DNA of 64,000 bases from Selaginella moellendorffii (GCF_000143415.4 NW_003314303.1:1177322-1241321), one strand, 5' to 3'. Positions 37,659 to 50,619 are shown, counted from the stretch's first letter. A program made the numbers and translations. Notes: generated by a model from the sequence alone, not told the origin.

Positions 37659-38650
37659 CTACGAAACGTTCATAGTTCTCATCGCTTGGATCTCTTGCCT
37701 CTCCTTCCACAGCCCGAGACTTCCATAGATGTTCGCCATAAGAGCGTAGGCCGAGTCTAATCTCCTGTCCAGAGCAATCAAACGCTGAAACGCCAATCTC
37801 TTGTGACACCCTGCGAGCACGGTCGTCCAAGTTACCAGCATCGCCTCAAATGGCATCCTCGCCACCATAGCCACCGCTTCCTCGAGTCTGTTACTTCTGC
37901 TGAGAAGATCCACCACGCAGTGGTAGTGATGGATCCCGGGAGCCAGCCCAAACTTTGAGCTCATCTCTTCGAAGTAACGCTTGCCAAGATCGACCAAGCC
38001 GGCGTGGCTGCAAGCCGAGAGAAGCGAGGAGAAGATCATCACGTCTGGACGAAGGTCTTTGTCTAGCAGCGCCTGGAAGAACTCCAGAACTCGTGGAGTG
38101 TCTCCCTGCCTGCTATATCCTGCGACCAAGGCCGTCCAGGCCACCATATCCTCCTGCGAGCTTAGCTGGAATGCCTCGAGAGCTTCATCCACGCTTCCAC
38201 ACCTTCCATAGAAATCGACCAGCGTCGCGGCGATGGAGGCCTCTCTTTCCAGTCCAGCGTCCCGGATTTGCTCGTGGATCTCTTGGCTGGTTTCCAGCGC
38301 CGCCAAGTTCCCGCACGCCTTGAGAGCCGCCACGAAAGTCCAGGCATCGAGAGGACACCGCTTCTCTTCCATCATGCGCCGGAAGAGCTCGAGAGCGAGC
38401 TCGTCTTGGCTGTTGTCGACGCAGCCAAAGATCATGGACGTCCACGAGATGACGTTGTGATCTTGCATGGAGTCGAAAACTCTTTGTGCGTCGGCGATGT
38501 TTCCATACTTTCGCGATCTAGCGAAAATGCCACACCTGGAGTACATGCTCACCAGGCTAGATCCCACGAACAGGTCAGAATCGAGGCCGCATTCCACCGC
38601 CGTCGCGTGGATCCTCTTGCCCCGCGCTAGATCCTTGCGCTTGGCGCCAT
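37659..38650 (-). pseudogene. 5'-truncated PLS-E PPR gene
   Basis: PPR motifs, LSACSHAGLVD, HYHCVVDLL. E-domain deletion relative to the right-arm copy. Confidence 0.8.
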
Positions 38651-39059
38651 ATACTAACCACTGTTACTGCTAATTGAAGAGCAGACTTCAAATCAGAATA
38701 AATCAAATAAGCAAACTGTGTTGATGCATATTAAGTAAGTATAATCAAGTAAATCGTAATGAAATTTAAGACTGCTAATCAAAGTCGACTGAGGATTCGT
38801 CCCTGGAGAGAAATCAAACACGCTGCCATCAAGCACTCAGAGTTTTTCGACCCCAAGAACTTTGTAAGTTCCACCACCTTTCCCACTCTGCAGCTACCAT
38901 GGTAGGGTAGTGATTGGTTGCCAGACCACCTTTCCTGGGCTTCAGTAAAGGATTCCTTCGATTTGGAGCAGCCACAATCCCATCTGATTTGTGAGATAAA
39001 CCATGGCTTAGCCTTAAGGGCCTTAAAGTAGTTTGTTAGGTTAAAACACATTATATTTA

Positions 39060-39760
39060 ATATCGGCTTTTAAGTTGAACAACTCTTTGAATTGCACTCG
39101 ACTTGTAGAGGCTCCGGGAGAAAGCAGCTGGTGCGATGAAGGTCCTGCTTCCACTTCCCTTGGAGCACCATCCAACAAGACCGGTGTGAGGAACAAGCTC
39201 TGGAAAACTTGCTCTCCTTGGTTGCCAAATCTCATCTGCTGTACTTGGCAAGTTTGTCCCTCAGTTTCGCTGTGCTTAATATGTCTGTATCACCGGCCGC
39301 CAAAAGGATTTCTGCTTCCGCGACTGTGGCCAGTGCAGATACCCACTGCGTTGAAAGATGTTCAGGCAGAGTCTTCATGACCAAGTATAGGCTCTCTTGA
39401 TGATCCTGTATGAGCCTGGTGACCTTTGATCCATAATCCTCGTCTTTGTGCTCCAGCTCGGCTCTTTGCTGTGATATAATCACTGCTCTTACGGCCTCGT
39501 GGAGGTCTTCGACTTCCTCCACGTCATCGGTCGCGTTCTTTTTGTCCTCGACAACCACATAATCAAGCCACGTCAAAGCCACTTCATCGTTGTGGACGCA
39601 ACCGAAATCTGTGGAATCTACAAGGCGCAACACCAAGTCTTGCAATGTCATGCTGTAGTGCTTGCAATACCTCATGGCCATCAATTGCATGCGCCTAGAC
39701 AAACGCAACTCCAGGAGCTCTATAACATCTCTGAAGCACATCCCCAGGGAATGGTATTGT
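39060..39760 (-). pseudogene. Unidentified coding fragment
   Basis: Protein-like ORF 39232-39741 with a frameshifted continuation. Copy at 54182-54830. Confidence 0.4.
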
Positions 39761-39834
39761 GATGTTCAAGTTCTCGGACTTGGACTCGATCCGCGGACGC
39801 GAGAGAGAGAATCTAATGTGGACCACGACACGCA

Positions 39835-40120
39835 TCAAATGGCGACTCTTTGTCCCGGATTTGCTCGTGGATCTCTCGCACCATGCGCCGGAAGAGCTCC
39901 AGAGCGAGCTCGTCTTGGCCGTTGTCGACGCAGCCAAAGATCATGGATGACGTTGCGATCTTGCATGGAGTCGAAAACTCCCTGCGCGTCGCCGATTTCA
40001 CGTACATGTCGACGAGGGAAAATGCTGGAGTGAGCCATACCCTTCTTCAGAGAAGCGAGCTTGACGAGCCGGGAGTCGATCTCCACGGCCTCCCCCTTCA
40101 CTGCGCAGCAGCCGCAAGCC
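39835..40120 (-). pseudogene. PPR fragment related to 37659-38650
   Basis: DAQGVFDSMQDRNVI, SMIFGCVDNGQDELALELFRRM, with deletions. Confidence 0.7.
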
Positions 40121-41054
40121 TTGATCGCAGCTAAAAAAGTTCTCGGTCGTGGCCCTTGAGCCCGGCAAACGAGAGGCTAGTCTTGGCGGGATCGCCAAGT
40201 GCTTCCTCTTGTACTCCTCGAGGTTTACAAAGTATGCATATGAATACAAGGGGTAGATCGTAGCTATCATCATCTCCCTCTTTGAGTCCTCAGCCTCGCC
40301 GCACGCTATTGCCAAAGCCACAAAGACTTAGAAATGGAAAAAACTAGAGTAGAGATCGATGCTTACGGTGGCGGGTTGCATCAGGATGCGTTTGATCTTC
40401 TGGGCGCGTTTGCTCTCTGCACCACACCGCCCCCGCCTTTCTCGACCCATTCCCGGAGAAGCTCTTTCACTCGAGGCAGCACTATGAACTCCACGTCCAG
40501 ACTGAAAACCAGGATCCGCCAGTAACGTCCTCGAGCTGGTGCTCGCAGTCTCAAAAGAATATCGTCAAGAAGTGCTGCCTTGCAAGAAATCAAAGCTGGA
40601 GCCCTGGCGGACCGCGAGAGCTCCTCCGGTGTGGCCGCGAGAGCTCCTCCGTGGGGAGCTGGACGATCCTTGTTGCAAACATCCCAGCTTCCTTCTCCGT
40701 GTCCCTGTGGAACTTTTGAAGTGTCCTCGAGCCTCGTAGAGCAGCGGCTTGTAGAGCTTCACGTCGAGCTCCAGAGCTCTGGCATCCAGCCCCATGGCGG
40801 CGAGACCACAGACGAGAAGAAGCTTGGGGCAGGAGATGTTATCTGGAATGCTCGCCGAGACCGTATGGCGCTTGCTGGCAAACCGACTTGGCCAGACCCG
40901 GAATCCATAACTCTCTTTCACCCTAAAATGTGGGTGGATTGGATCTTTCTTACTTCTATTTCAAGAGAACCGTGCTCTAGAAAAGTAAGCTTGTTTTCCT
41001 TTGTATTGAAAACTCTAGAATAATACTGCTGCTTCTTGGGTTTAAAATTTGGGG

Positions 41055-41249
41055 GGTTGGGTTGTGCCAGGCTAAGGCGGTAGTGTAAGGCCAAAGCGAC
41101 ACGTGGAGGACCGGGTAGCAAGCTACCGGTGGCCCTCCTCCCACAAAAAATTAGGTTAATAGCGTTGGGACACGTGGTCCCATATCAGCTATTAAACTGA
41201 TAAGAACAGATACTACACTTGATCTTAGCCAAAAGGCCGAGAAAGGTAT
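41055..41249 (-). ncRNA. U2: U2 spliceosomal snRNA
   Basis: 5' ATACCTTTCTCGGCCTTTTGGCTAAGATCAAGTGTAGTATCTGTTCTTATCAG, branch-point pairing GTAGTA, Sm site AATTTTTTG. 3' end approximate. Confidence 0.97.
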
Positions 41250-41271
41250 GAGTGTTCTATGACCAGCCCTC

Positions 41272-41322
41272 TGTTTATATACTCAAGCCCCGGCACGATT
41301 ATGCGCCTTCGCATGTGGGATA
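41272..41322 (-). promoter_or_regulatory. Plant snRNA promoter (USE plus TATA)
   Basis: TATATAAA at about -30 and USE-like ATCCCACATGC at about -70, a Pol II-type spacing. Confidence 0.85.
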
Positions 41323-41996
41323 GGGCGCACGCTTACGTGTCGCGCACTCCTTTACCCACGTCGAGCGCCGACGTGTCAAAAATTAGGGTACAGGTGGTTG
41401 CCATCTCAGACTTTTATTTTCATCGTCATAAACATTCTTGTTTTATGCTGTTTATATATGTTTATGATTAGTAAATGAGCTTTTTCCTGGAACGCTAAGT
41501 CTCTCTTTTTTGTTTTACTTTCTAAGTTCTTGCTATAGGTGGTGCTTTGGTAAGCAATTGCCAAAGCTTTTCTACTGATCTTGTGTTCCAGCTTCTTTCG
41601 TGCTCTAGAATAGTTAGTTGTCTTTGATTTTCTTTCTAAAGCTCAAAGCTTTGTAGGTTTTAAATTCACTTTCTTTTTATATTTCTTCATCGCGTAAGCT
41701 CAGAGTTTAGAAGAAGAAACTACTTTTCTAGAGCTGGATTCGTACTGCTGTAACTTCGATCTTCCTCCTGGTGAAACAAGACATCTGAAAAGAAAAATGC
41801 AGTGAACGTGGAACGAACATGCGACCTTCAGATCTTCAGTCTGACAACTGAGCTATCCCCGCTTAATTTGACTAATTAATAACATTGATTTGTTCTTTAA
41901 AAAAAAGGAAATTGAACAAACGTTAGAAGTTGAGAACAAAAGCTAAACTGATGAGTATAATATGAAAGGCTATTTGCTAGAAAAAACTTTTCACCA

Positions 41997-43210
41997 CTAC
42001 TTTGTAAGGAATTTCCTGTACCACCGTGCGGATGTTACCAACGTGGGAATTCTTTGCAAGTCCTTCCCATACTCGACGTGATAGAGGCCGAATATCACTG
42101 ACAATCCTCTCGTCCACTCAAAGTTATCCAACAGAGACCATACGAAGTAGCCTCGACCATCGGAGCCACCGCTATGCAAGCACGGAGATGATGAAAAAGA
42201 GAACATGCGTTTGCCAGGTTAGGAAGCTTACGCAATTGCGGCTCAAAGATTGGAAAGGTAGGACTTCAAGAAGTTCACCCTCGTCGTGTCGTTGGGTCTT
42301 GGATTTTCCCTGGTAAGATACATATCAGCTACTTGCGTCTTTGTGAAATTCTTGCAGAAGGGAGTGGCAAAATAAACCAGGAAGGTGTCAAGTATTACAA
42401 CCATCTTAATGTTGAAGACAATGTGCCTTTTTCTTTTGTTTTCTTAACTAATTCTTAATAGGTATTATGTAACTTTGTTTTTCTGGACAGTCCTCAAGTT
42501 TTGGAAGACGCCTACAAGACATGGCTGAGCTCTAGAATAGTGTAAGTTTTTATTAAACTTGAAGGAGTACATTGTGCTTAAAACTTTGATCTTTACAGGG
42601 ATGATTATGCAGCTTATGTCGAAGCATGCTTCAGAGCGTTTGGAGATCGTTTAAGCACTGGATTACTTTCAACGAGCCTCATGCGGTCTGTAACTTTGGT
42701 TGCAACTTTGGCTTGCTTGCTCCTGGAAGATGCTCGTCTGAAGTTGGCAACTGCTCTGCTGGGAACTCTTCAGGGGAGCCTTACATCGTTGGACGTCATC
42801 TTCTTTTATCTCACGCGTCCGCAGTGAAGATATATTGAGAAAAATACCAGGTCTCAAAAATTGTGTTTCATTTCCTGATTGGATTTCTCGTTTCGTTTCT
42901 TTTATCAGGAGAAACAAGCTGGAATCATCGGTATTACGCTCGATGCACAATGGCACGAACCTTCTCTAATTTATCAAAGGATAGAGCTGCAGCTAGGAGA
43001 GCCCAGCACCATCAATCCGACGTCTTCCTGTTTGTTCACAGTCACGAGCAAAGCCAAACCAGATAGAGCTTGCAGAACCTTATAACGATGATACTGATCC
43101 ACTGCAACATCTCCAGTTGTTCCATCCATTACTTTTCCGGGAGTGTGAGCATAAACATCCCAGATGCTTGGGCCCCTTCCACCTTCTTTAACAGCGCCTT
43201 CGTACTGCAA
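41997..43210. pseudogene. GH1 beta-glucosidase, scrambled (middle inverted)
   Basis: Minus 43000-43210: [16 protein letters not shown]...DQYHRYK|EDV. Plus 42290-43000: WITFNEP, APGRCS, EPYIVG, GIIGITLD. Minus 41997-42170: [13 protein letters not shown]...FGLYHV. Confidence 0.85.
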
Positions 43211-43242
43211 CATAAACGTTGCTTGAAGAATGACGAAAAGCG

Positions 43243-43620
43243 CTAAGCTCCACCTGGTATGACGCGGACGATGTTCCAGCTTGAAGCAGCGCATTCTGGA
43301 AAGGGTCCAGTCCGAGGCAGTGACGCTATCCCGTTCTCAAGCCACTCATAAGATGCATTCACTTGAGCGTAGTCATCCAAGCCCACGATCCGGTCGATCT
43401 CGGACTTTGGTGCACGAGTCATGAAGCCACCGTTTATAGAGCGTCCTCCCCCAAGGATTCTTGCTCTTGCATTTGGTACCAGATCTGTGGTAAAAAATCC
43501 TTGAGAATGAGCTTGATCGAGAATGCTCAATGCAGAATTCTCTTCTCTCATGAACACGGCATTTCCATACGGCGAGTCGCCTCTTTCCAGGAGCAGGACT
43601 TTGGACTTTCGCGACAGAGA
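43243..43620 (-). pseudogene. GMC oxidoreductase (HOTHEAD/mandelonitrile-lyase-like) fragment
   Basis: [39 protein letters not shown]. Confidence 0.8.
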
Positions 43621-44031
43621 TGTATCATATTTTTACTATTGCAATCTCTGTGTGGATCCTCTGGCAGGTTTCAGCATCCCTTTAGCTTTCGCATGCCATC
43701 AGTGCCGCAGATGGGAGATTCTAGCTCCTTCACCAAAAAGCCAATGCAAAAAACACTCCGAGGCTTCTAAACACCAGCACGAGATAGGCGCAGCACTTCC
43801 ACGAGCAAACTTTGCCACTCTGCACAAGAACAAGGCTGATCAACCTGGCTATAATAGACGATATAGTAAGATACAATGTTTATATAGTTCCTCAAGAAGC
43901 ATAAGATTGACACATTCAAATGAAACATTACTTTCTAACTTGATGCTTCCCAGAGAAACAAATACAGTTGAGAGCTGTCATTAAACATTTGCTAGAGTAA
44001 TACTATTAAAGTTATTAGGGCTGTTTTATTA

Positions 44032-45856
44032 ATGGGCTTGGTTCATATAAGCGAGGAGAAGAGAAAGGCGGTGGTGGATCTCGACAATGTGGAGCTCCAG
44101 CGAGTCGCCTCCATCCTCCACTCCGTGGTAAGCAAGCTTGGCGACGACAGCCCCGTCGAGCTCGCCAGGCTATGGTCGCTCGCCGCTAAATGCCACAAGC
44201 CCACGCTCACTGTGAACGTTGTCACGCCATCCGCCGCCGCCCTCAAGCAGCGCTTGGCGATCCAGCGCCAGAACTTGGAACCCAATCTCTCCATCGCCCC
44301 CGCCTTGCAACCCATCCCTGCACCACCGCCTCCTCCATCAGCTTCTTCATCTTTGTTCTTCACCACCACCACCAACAGTGCTACAGATGCTCCATCGCCA
44401 TCGCCCCCTCTTGCAGTGGCAAGCCGAGGATTCGGCCAGTCTCTCGAGGAAGCCTTCGCCGGGCTGGGCCGGCTCAAAGATCCCGAGAAGGAGAATGAAA
44501 ATGCGGTATCTCCAGTGCTGGAAGCTCCTCAAGTTGGCGGTGGTCTCCAAGAGAATGAGGTAAGCAAACTTCCCTCTTGGTTCTCGCTAAGTTCTGCTAT
44601 GATCTTCCATGGCAGCCCAAGCTGGAAGGCTCTTGCTTTGGAGCTTGCAAGCTTCGCAGGCTGTCTGTGGAGATGAGTCCCTGGAAAGGATGCCTCGCGA
44701 CTCCATCGTCCGAGCACAATAACTCGGCCATCTCGGCGCTTCTCTACTGTCCGGTGCTCGAGGCCTTCTCGGGGGACTGGGAGCAGAAAGGCTGGCTCTT
44801 CTCAGCGTCACACAACCTTCTCAATCTCTGGGTGTGCTCTCGAAAGCCAGTCGGCCACCCTCTCGAGGTAGCCACACTTCAAAAGCTTGACGTTTGCAAA
44901 CTCTTTATGATCTCGTTCTTGCCAGCTGACGCATTCGCAGAACACTGCCACCGTCGTGGATGCCATGGACGTCGACATGGGTGTCAAGGTGATCATGTCC
45001 GTGGGCTCTCCTCGGCCGGGAAGGCCCTTTCGCGTTGCTCTCCACAGCCTCCAGACGAAGAACTTATTCGAGCCTCTGGTAATTTCCGTGCTTGTGTCCT
45101 CCTTCCAGAATCACGTCGTGGTGCTCGCAGGGAACGATCCAAATCCCGGAGAGAACCTCTCCCGAGTTCCTCAAGCAGATCTACGCCGGGTCCTCGAGAA
45201 TGGTTCACGTCTCGTCCCTCCAGCCTTTCAAAGGACCTCTCAAGACAGCTCTAGCTGTTGGTCTCGGAGGAGATGTCCTGGTCTACGAGCTGGCCGCCGC
45301 GTCGACAGTGGAGGCCATCGTCGCTCCAAGAGCTTCGTGGAGAGCTCACGACACCGCCATCTCGTGCATGCATCCCAGCGCGTTTTGCTGCAGCATCATC
45401 ACCGGTGCCTGCGATGGATCGATCAAGCTCTGGGACCTGAGAAGCAAGCCCACGCTTCCCTCCCGCCAGTGTGGACACCAGAAGCAAGTAACCGGCCTTG
45501 CAGTGCTCGACACCACCACCCTTTGCAGCTCCGGCACTGACGGCTCCATCCACTTCTGGGACTTGCGCTCGACCAACCGAGCTTTCGCCAGCGTCATTCC
45601 GGACGGGAAGCCGGTGCTCAACATGGCGTCGGCGTCGTCGTCACCGAGCTTGATCGCCTTCACGACGCGGCAGAGCCTCTACTGCCTCGAGTTTTGCGGG
45701 CCAGAGGGGATGACCACCATGCTCTCGCCGCTACGGCCTCTCCCTCCGGTGGGGCCTTGCACGGCGGTCAAGTGGAACACCAACAGCAAGCACGTCTACG
45801 CCGCTGGCGTCGATGGAACCATCAGCGTCTTCAAGAATGCGTCGTCCTCGTCTTGA
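44032..45856 (+). CDS. WD40-repeat protein with a low-complexity N-terminus (multi-exon)
   Basis: AHDTAISC...GACDGSIKLWDLR, GHQKQVTGL...SSGTDGSIHFWDLR, AAGVDGTISVF. GT-AG introns. Confidence 0.8.
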
Positions 45857-46449
45857 AGAAGATCAAGGCTTTCAAGACCGGGTTGGCCGATCGTTTTAAG
45901 TTCGTGTTCTTTCAAAGCTCTTGCCACGCGTAGTATCATCTCATGTCATGAGAATGGAGACGAAGAATCAGCTCTCTATCAATTCATACTTGACGAAGGT
46001 GGCAAACCCAGCACGGCGACTTTGGTTTTTAAATCTCTTTTCTAGTCGCGAGCAAAGGAGATGCATCGAAGGGAGATTCCCGAAGAGAGGAACGTATTCG
46101 CAAATGATCGTGTCACTCTCCTTGTAGCACTCTTGTTTTACTGAGGAGGAGCAATCACAGCTCAAAGAAATACTAGTGAGGTTTTTGGACACACCATGCT
46201 GGCAATTCTTACGCGAAGAGCCGGAGCGCGGTCTTCAAGTCTTTGAAAGGATCTGGCAACCCGGTCTCCTGGACTGCATCGTTTGTGATTCCTGCGGTGA
46301 AAGTGAGGCTGTGCTCAAGACGGTTGAAAGAAGAACGAGGAAGTAACGAGGTGAACTTGGTGACATATGTTGCAGCTCTTAGGGTGAAGATTATAGCTGC
46401 TGATCCAAAAGAGCTTATCAACTCACTATAGCAAAGATTTTGATGAACA

Positions 46450-47877
46450 GTTTTTAAAAGTCACCATTAAGGATTATATTGAATGAGACGATTTTATGGT
46501 TGCTTTTCACTTACCTTTGAGTTTTTTTGTTATTCTACTTAACTACATTAATTTTTTATTTCTCTTATAAACTACACTAAATACTTATTAATATTAGGAA
46601 CACAAATTTGTACTTTATATTTTAGTTATATGATATAGATATAAAAAATAATTTATATATTAATATAAAAACTTTTAATGCCAAAACCTATGTTAGGAAT
46701 GTTTTATTAGAAAATAATAACTTTATTTAGTTTTACTTTGAGTAATATAAATTAGTTATATTTTCTATGATCAGTTTTGACCACAATGATTTTTTTATTA
46801 TTTATATGCGGTATAAATCATTATTTGAGTTGCATCTTTATCTCAATAAATAATATACTCAAAGCTAAATGTAAAATTGAGATCATTTGCATAAGTTTAA
46901 TGAGGATTTAGATTTATTTAATAGTTATTTTACTTTTTGAAATAAATAAGTTTTTAAGTAACTCAATTTAATATATAAGATTTAATTATCACTACTAATT
47001 TTTTTGTTATGTTTAAGTATTTTTTATCATTCTTTTTATTTTGAATCCTTTGAAAAATTACAAATAAAAATCATCAATTTAGTTTTTAAAAATCTTAACT
47101 TACTAATCAAAGAGTGTTATATACATTTTAATCAAAAATATTGAAAAGTGAGTACAATTAAAAAATTAAATGAATTTTGATTTAAAAAGTCTTACATCCA
47201 ACCTATTTAATTTATATATTCAGATATACATGTCCAAAAAACAATTTGAGCTCGGAAATCTTGGATCTTGAATTCATCTATAGCACTACCAAAAATAAAA
47301 ACAGTTTACCATGGTTGAATGAATATATGACCTTTACAAATTTATAATTTAATATAATTATATTAAATATATATTTTAAATAGAACTAAAAATAAAAATA
47401 TAATATAATAAACTTTATACATATAAAGTGAGGTTTTTAGAGATATTTTAAATTTTATGAGTTAAAATTGATATAACTAAGCATTGTCTATAATAAATTT
47501 ATCAATTATAAAGACTTTATTAAAAACAAAAGTTCTAACATGATTTTGATCTTCTTAATTAATTTATTAATATAGACATAATAAAAACTATCTAAATATT
47601 TAAATTAAATTTATTTAATTTCACTTGAATGTACATGTGGTGTTCATATCATCCTTTCTTGGATCTAGTGATCGGGATTGAGCATTGATGAGGGTAATAC
47701 TTTGTAAAAAACTTTATTGGAATGATATCTCAAAAAAAAAATAAAAATTACTTGGCAGGTGATAAGATAGAAAAATAGAATAAACACAAAATATTTAGCT
47801 TTAATGGGTTTATAACAATCATCTTTTATAGATTAATAATATTTGTAAAAGGATATAATATTAAAAAATAATTATTT
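46450..47877. other. Very AT-rich non-coding block (continues 52886-53200 beyond the LTR element)
   Basis: Composition. No ORFs. Confidence 0.7.
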
Positions 47878-48051
47878 TGTGCGTGCATGGAATATGGAAA
47901 GGGAATACAGAAATGTGCATATCAATTAACCCAAAAACCCTAGCTTATATACAGGAGCGAGTGGTCCGGATTGAAACCAATCCGACGGCTACCAAAATCC
48001 ACTACGCTAATATTAGTATACGGCTACGATGCCGTACACTTGGCCCTCACA
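47878..48051 (-). repeat. 3' LTR
   Basis: Appears identical to 52712-52885. Confidence 0.95.
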
Positions 48052-48083
48052 TCATCCCCTCCTCTCGGAATAATGGAAGGCCG

Positions 48084-50615
48084 TCAGGGTTCTCTTGTAG
48101 ATGGGCCGGGATCTAGAGGAACGTTAGGAGGAGGCATCGGTGGATCTATAGACGGTATTAACTGCTCCTGATCCCTCTGTATGAAGCGTTTTAACCGCTG
48201 CACATGCACAATCTCCGGAGGATCAGCCTGCTGAACGTCATGCCGAACCTCATAAACTTGTGGTCCAACTTGCCGCAACACCCGATACGGTCCTTTCCAC
48301 TGCGCAAGGAGCCCCTTAGATAAACCATGTACCGTAAGATGGGGAAAACGGACTAACACCAAATCATCCACTTTGTACTCCGCTGGTGGATGATGATGGG
48401 AATTGTAGCGCCATTGTTGTCCCACTTGTACGCGGCCTAAGTGTTCAGCAGACTCTGCTCGGACAAGTGGAAGAATGCTTGTCAAATATTGATCCCATGA
48501 CCTAGCATCAGGAGCTCGTGGCAATCGCGAAGGTAAACCTAGCTCTGTTGGTAATATTGGATCATGACCATATAGAAGTTTATATGGTGAAGCACCAACA
48601 GAACTCTGCACCCCTGTGACATAAGCATACCGAAGAGACGGCAAATAACCATCCCAATCCGAATGTTGAAAGTTCACATACTTCGCAATCATCCCTTTGA
48701 ATGTTCGAACGAGCCGTTCCACCAGACCGTCTGATTGTGGATGATAAGCACTCGTAAAAGTGTGGCGTATCCCCAACCGAGATGTCAAAACATGAAATAC
48801 CTCAGCCATAAATGCAGGACCATTATCCGAAAGAATCTGTTCTGGACAAGAATGCTGGAACACCACTCGATTGAGGAGGAAGTATCCAACAGCAGTTGCA
48901 GAGGCACTAGCAAGAGCACCAACTTCCACCCAACGAGTCAAGTAGTCAGAAGCAATAATAACATACTCATTGCCAGCAGTCGATCGCGGAAAAGGTCCCA
49001 TAAGATCAAACGCCACCAACTCAAACGGACGAGAAACTGCAATTGACTCCAACCGTCCTTCTGCAGCACAAGGGGGAGTATTACGAGCTTGGCACCAAAC
49101 GCAGCTACGCACATACCGGATAATATCACGTCGCATCTCTGGCCAATAGAAAGATCTGCGCAACTTCTCGGTGACACGACGGTGTCCCATATGCCCACCT
49201 AGAATAGGAGAATCATGGTAAGCATGGAGAAACCGCGGAATAAACACCGAAGGCACCACCAGCCGTAAATGAGCATCAGGATCCGTCCCCACAAAATAAA
49301 GAAGGCCATCTTCAAGGCGATATTGAGAATGTAAATGCCGAAAAGGCAAGTCATCAGCAAGTGATGCAGGATTCTCAAACCCATCTCGAAGCCTTCGAAT
49401 CCACGGCTCAATCTTTTGAGCCTCGCGAACCTCATCCAGAGAAGGTAGATCTTGCTCTACGCCCTGTGGACACTGAACGTCAAGGACAGCAACCGCCGAC
49501 GGCACAGAATCCTCATCTAGAAAATCCACAGATGCTGGAACAACAGGTTCGTCAAAAACATGAGAAGTGAGTGGAGAAGGAAGAGGAGCTCGAGAAAGGG
49601 CATCAGCATCAGCCATAGAACTCCCTGGGCGATGAACAACATTGAAATCATATATCTGAAGCTTCAAAGCCCATCGAGCCGTACGACCAACCAGGTTCTT
49701 CCGCTTCAATAATGAAGTAACAGCAGCATGGTCACCTTCAAGTAACGTCCGAGAACCATGTAGATAGGCATGAAGTTTCTCGAAACCCCAGACTGCTGCT
49801 AAACACTCCTTCTCCGTCGTGGAGTAGTTCATCTCCGCTGGTTGTAATGTACGGCTTATGTATGCAATGGGATGGCGCTGACCAGGCACACTCGAGCTCT
49901 CTTGCATCAACACACCTCCAAGACCAATGTCAGAAGCATCCACGCGCAAAATAAAAGGTCGAGTGTAGTCAGGATATGCCAAAACCGGAGGAGTCGTCAA
50001 TAGCTCTTTGAGATTCACGAACGCCCGCTCACAATCGGGAGACCAGATGAAAGATGACGTTGATGACTTCAGCAACGCTCGCAATGGTACAGTGCGATCG
50101 GAAAGATGATCCACAAAACGACCGAGATACTGCACCTTACCCAAAAAACGCTGCACATCATTCACACACTTCGGAGTAGGGAACTTTAGAACAGCCACAA
50201 GTTTGTCAGGATCAACTTGCAAACCCTCACGAGAAATACGGTACCCAAGATAAGTTGTGTCCTTGGACCCAAACACGCACTTCGACCGCTTCAGCTTTAA
50301 ACCAACGTCGTGTAGCCGATCCAACACTTTACAAACATCATGAACATGCTCCTCCCATGTCCCCTCCGAGTGGATCAAGACATCATCAATGAAGTCAGCC
50401 GTCACCTCCGGCATATCGCAAAGAACCTCATCCATCATTCGCTGAAAAGTTGCTGGAGCATTGTTCAAACCAAACGGCATCACCAAAAACTCGTACAAAC
50501 CAAATGGTGTACGAAAAGCAGTCTTAGGAATATCGTCTTCAGCCATCGGTACTTGCCAATACCCAGAAGCAAGATCTAGCTTGGTGAACCAACGACTTCG
50601 CCCCAGACGATCCAA
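48084..50615 (-). CDS. pol: Pol: RT, RNase H, integrase
   Basis: KLDLASGYWQ, MPFGLNNAPATFQ, FIDD, DASDIGLG, NYSTTEKE, H..H..C..C, SDNGPAF, HPQSDGLVER, WKGPY. No chromodomain. Confidence 0.93.
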   Translation of the reverse strand: MDRLGRSRWFTKLDLASGYWQVPMAEDDIPKTAFRTPFGLYEFLVMPFGLNNAPATFQRMMDEVLCDMPEVTADFIDDVLIHSEGTWEEHVHDVCKVLDRLHDVGLKLKRSKCVFGSKDTTYLGYRISREGLQVDPDKLVAVLKFPTPKCVNDVQRFLGKVQYLGRFVDHLSDRTVPLRALLKSSTSSFIWSPDCERAFVNLKELLTTPPVLAYPDYTRPFILRVDASDIGLGGVLMQESSSVPGQRHPIAYISRTLQPAEMNYSTTEKECLAAVWGFEKLHAYLHGSRTLLEGDHAAVTSLLKRKNLVGRTARWALKLQIYDFNVVHRPGSSMADADALSRAPLPSPLTSHVFDEPVVPASVDFLDEDSVPSAVAVLDVQCPQGVEQDLPSLDEVREAQKIEPWIRRLRDGFENPASLADDLPFRHLHSQYRLEDGLLYFVGTDPDAHLRLVVPSVFIPRFLHAYHDSPILGGHMGHRRVTEKLRRSFYWPEMRRDIIRYVRSCVWCQARNTPPCAAEGRLESIAVSRPFELVAFDLMGPFPRSTAGNEYVIIASDYLTRWVEVGALASASATAVGYFLLNRVVFQHSCPEQILSDNGPAFMAEVFHVLTSRLGIRHTFTSAYHPQSDGLVERLVRTFKGMIAKYVNFQHSDWDGYLPSLRYAYVTGVQSSVGASPYKLLYGHDPILPTELGLPSRLPRAPDARSWDQYLTSILPLVRAESAEHLGRVQVGQQWRYNSHHHPPAEYKVDDLVLVRFPHLTVHGLSKGLLAQWKGPYRVLRQVGPQVYEVRHDVQQADPPEIVHVQRLKRFIQRDQEQLIPSIDPPMPPPNVPLDPGPSTREP

Positions 50616-50619
50616 GAGA

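Larger units (their letters stand above)
31880..39713 (-). repeat. Left arm of a 7.9-kb inverted segmental duplication
   Basis: Reverse complement of 54182-62116. Mirrored ORFs throughout the track. Confidence 0.95.

Noticed and set aside
40130-40930. GC-rich ORF-like stretch next to U2
   Set aside because: Interrupted by stops, with no identifiable domain.
46434-46450. CACTA-like start (CACTATAGCAAAG) at the edge of the AT-rich block
   Set aside because: No matching inverted terminus or 3-bp TSD found.
47877-48171. Plus-strand ORFs beginning MCVHGIWKG (also 52711-52914)
   Set aside because: Chance frames across the LTRs.
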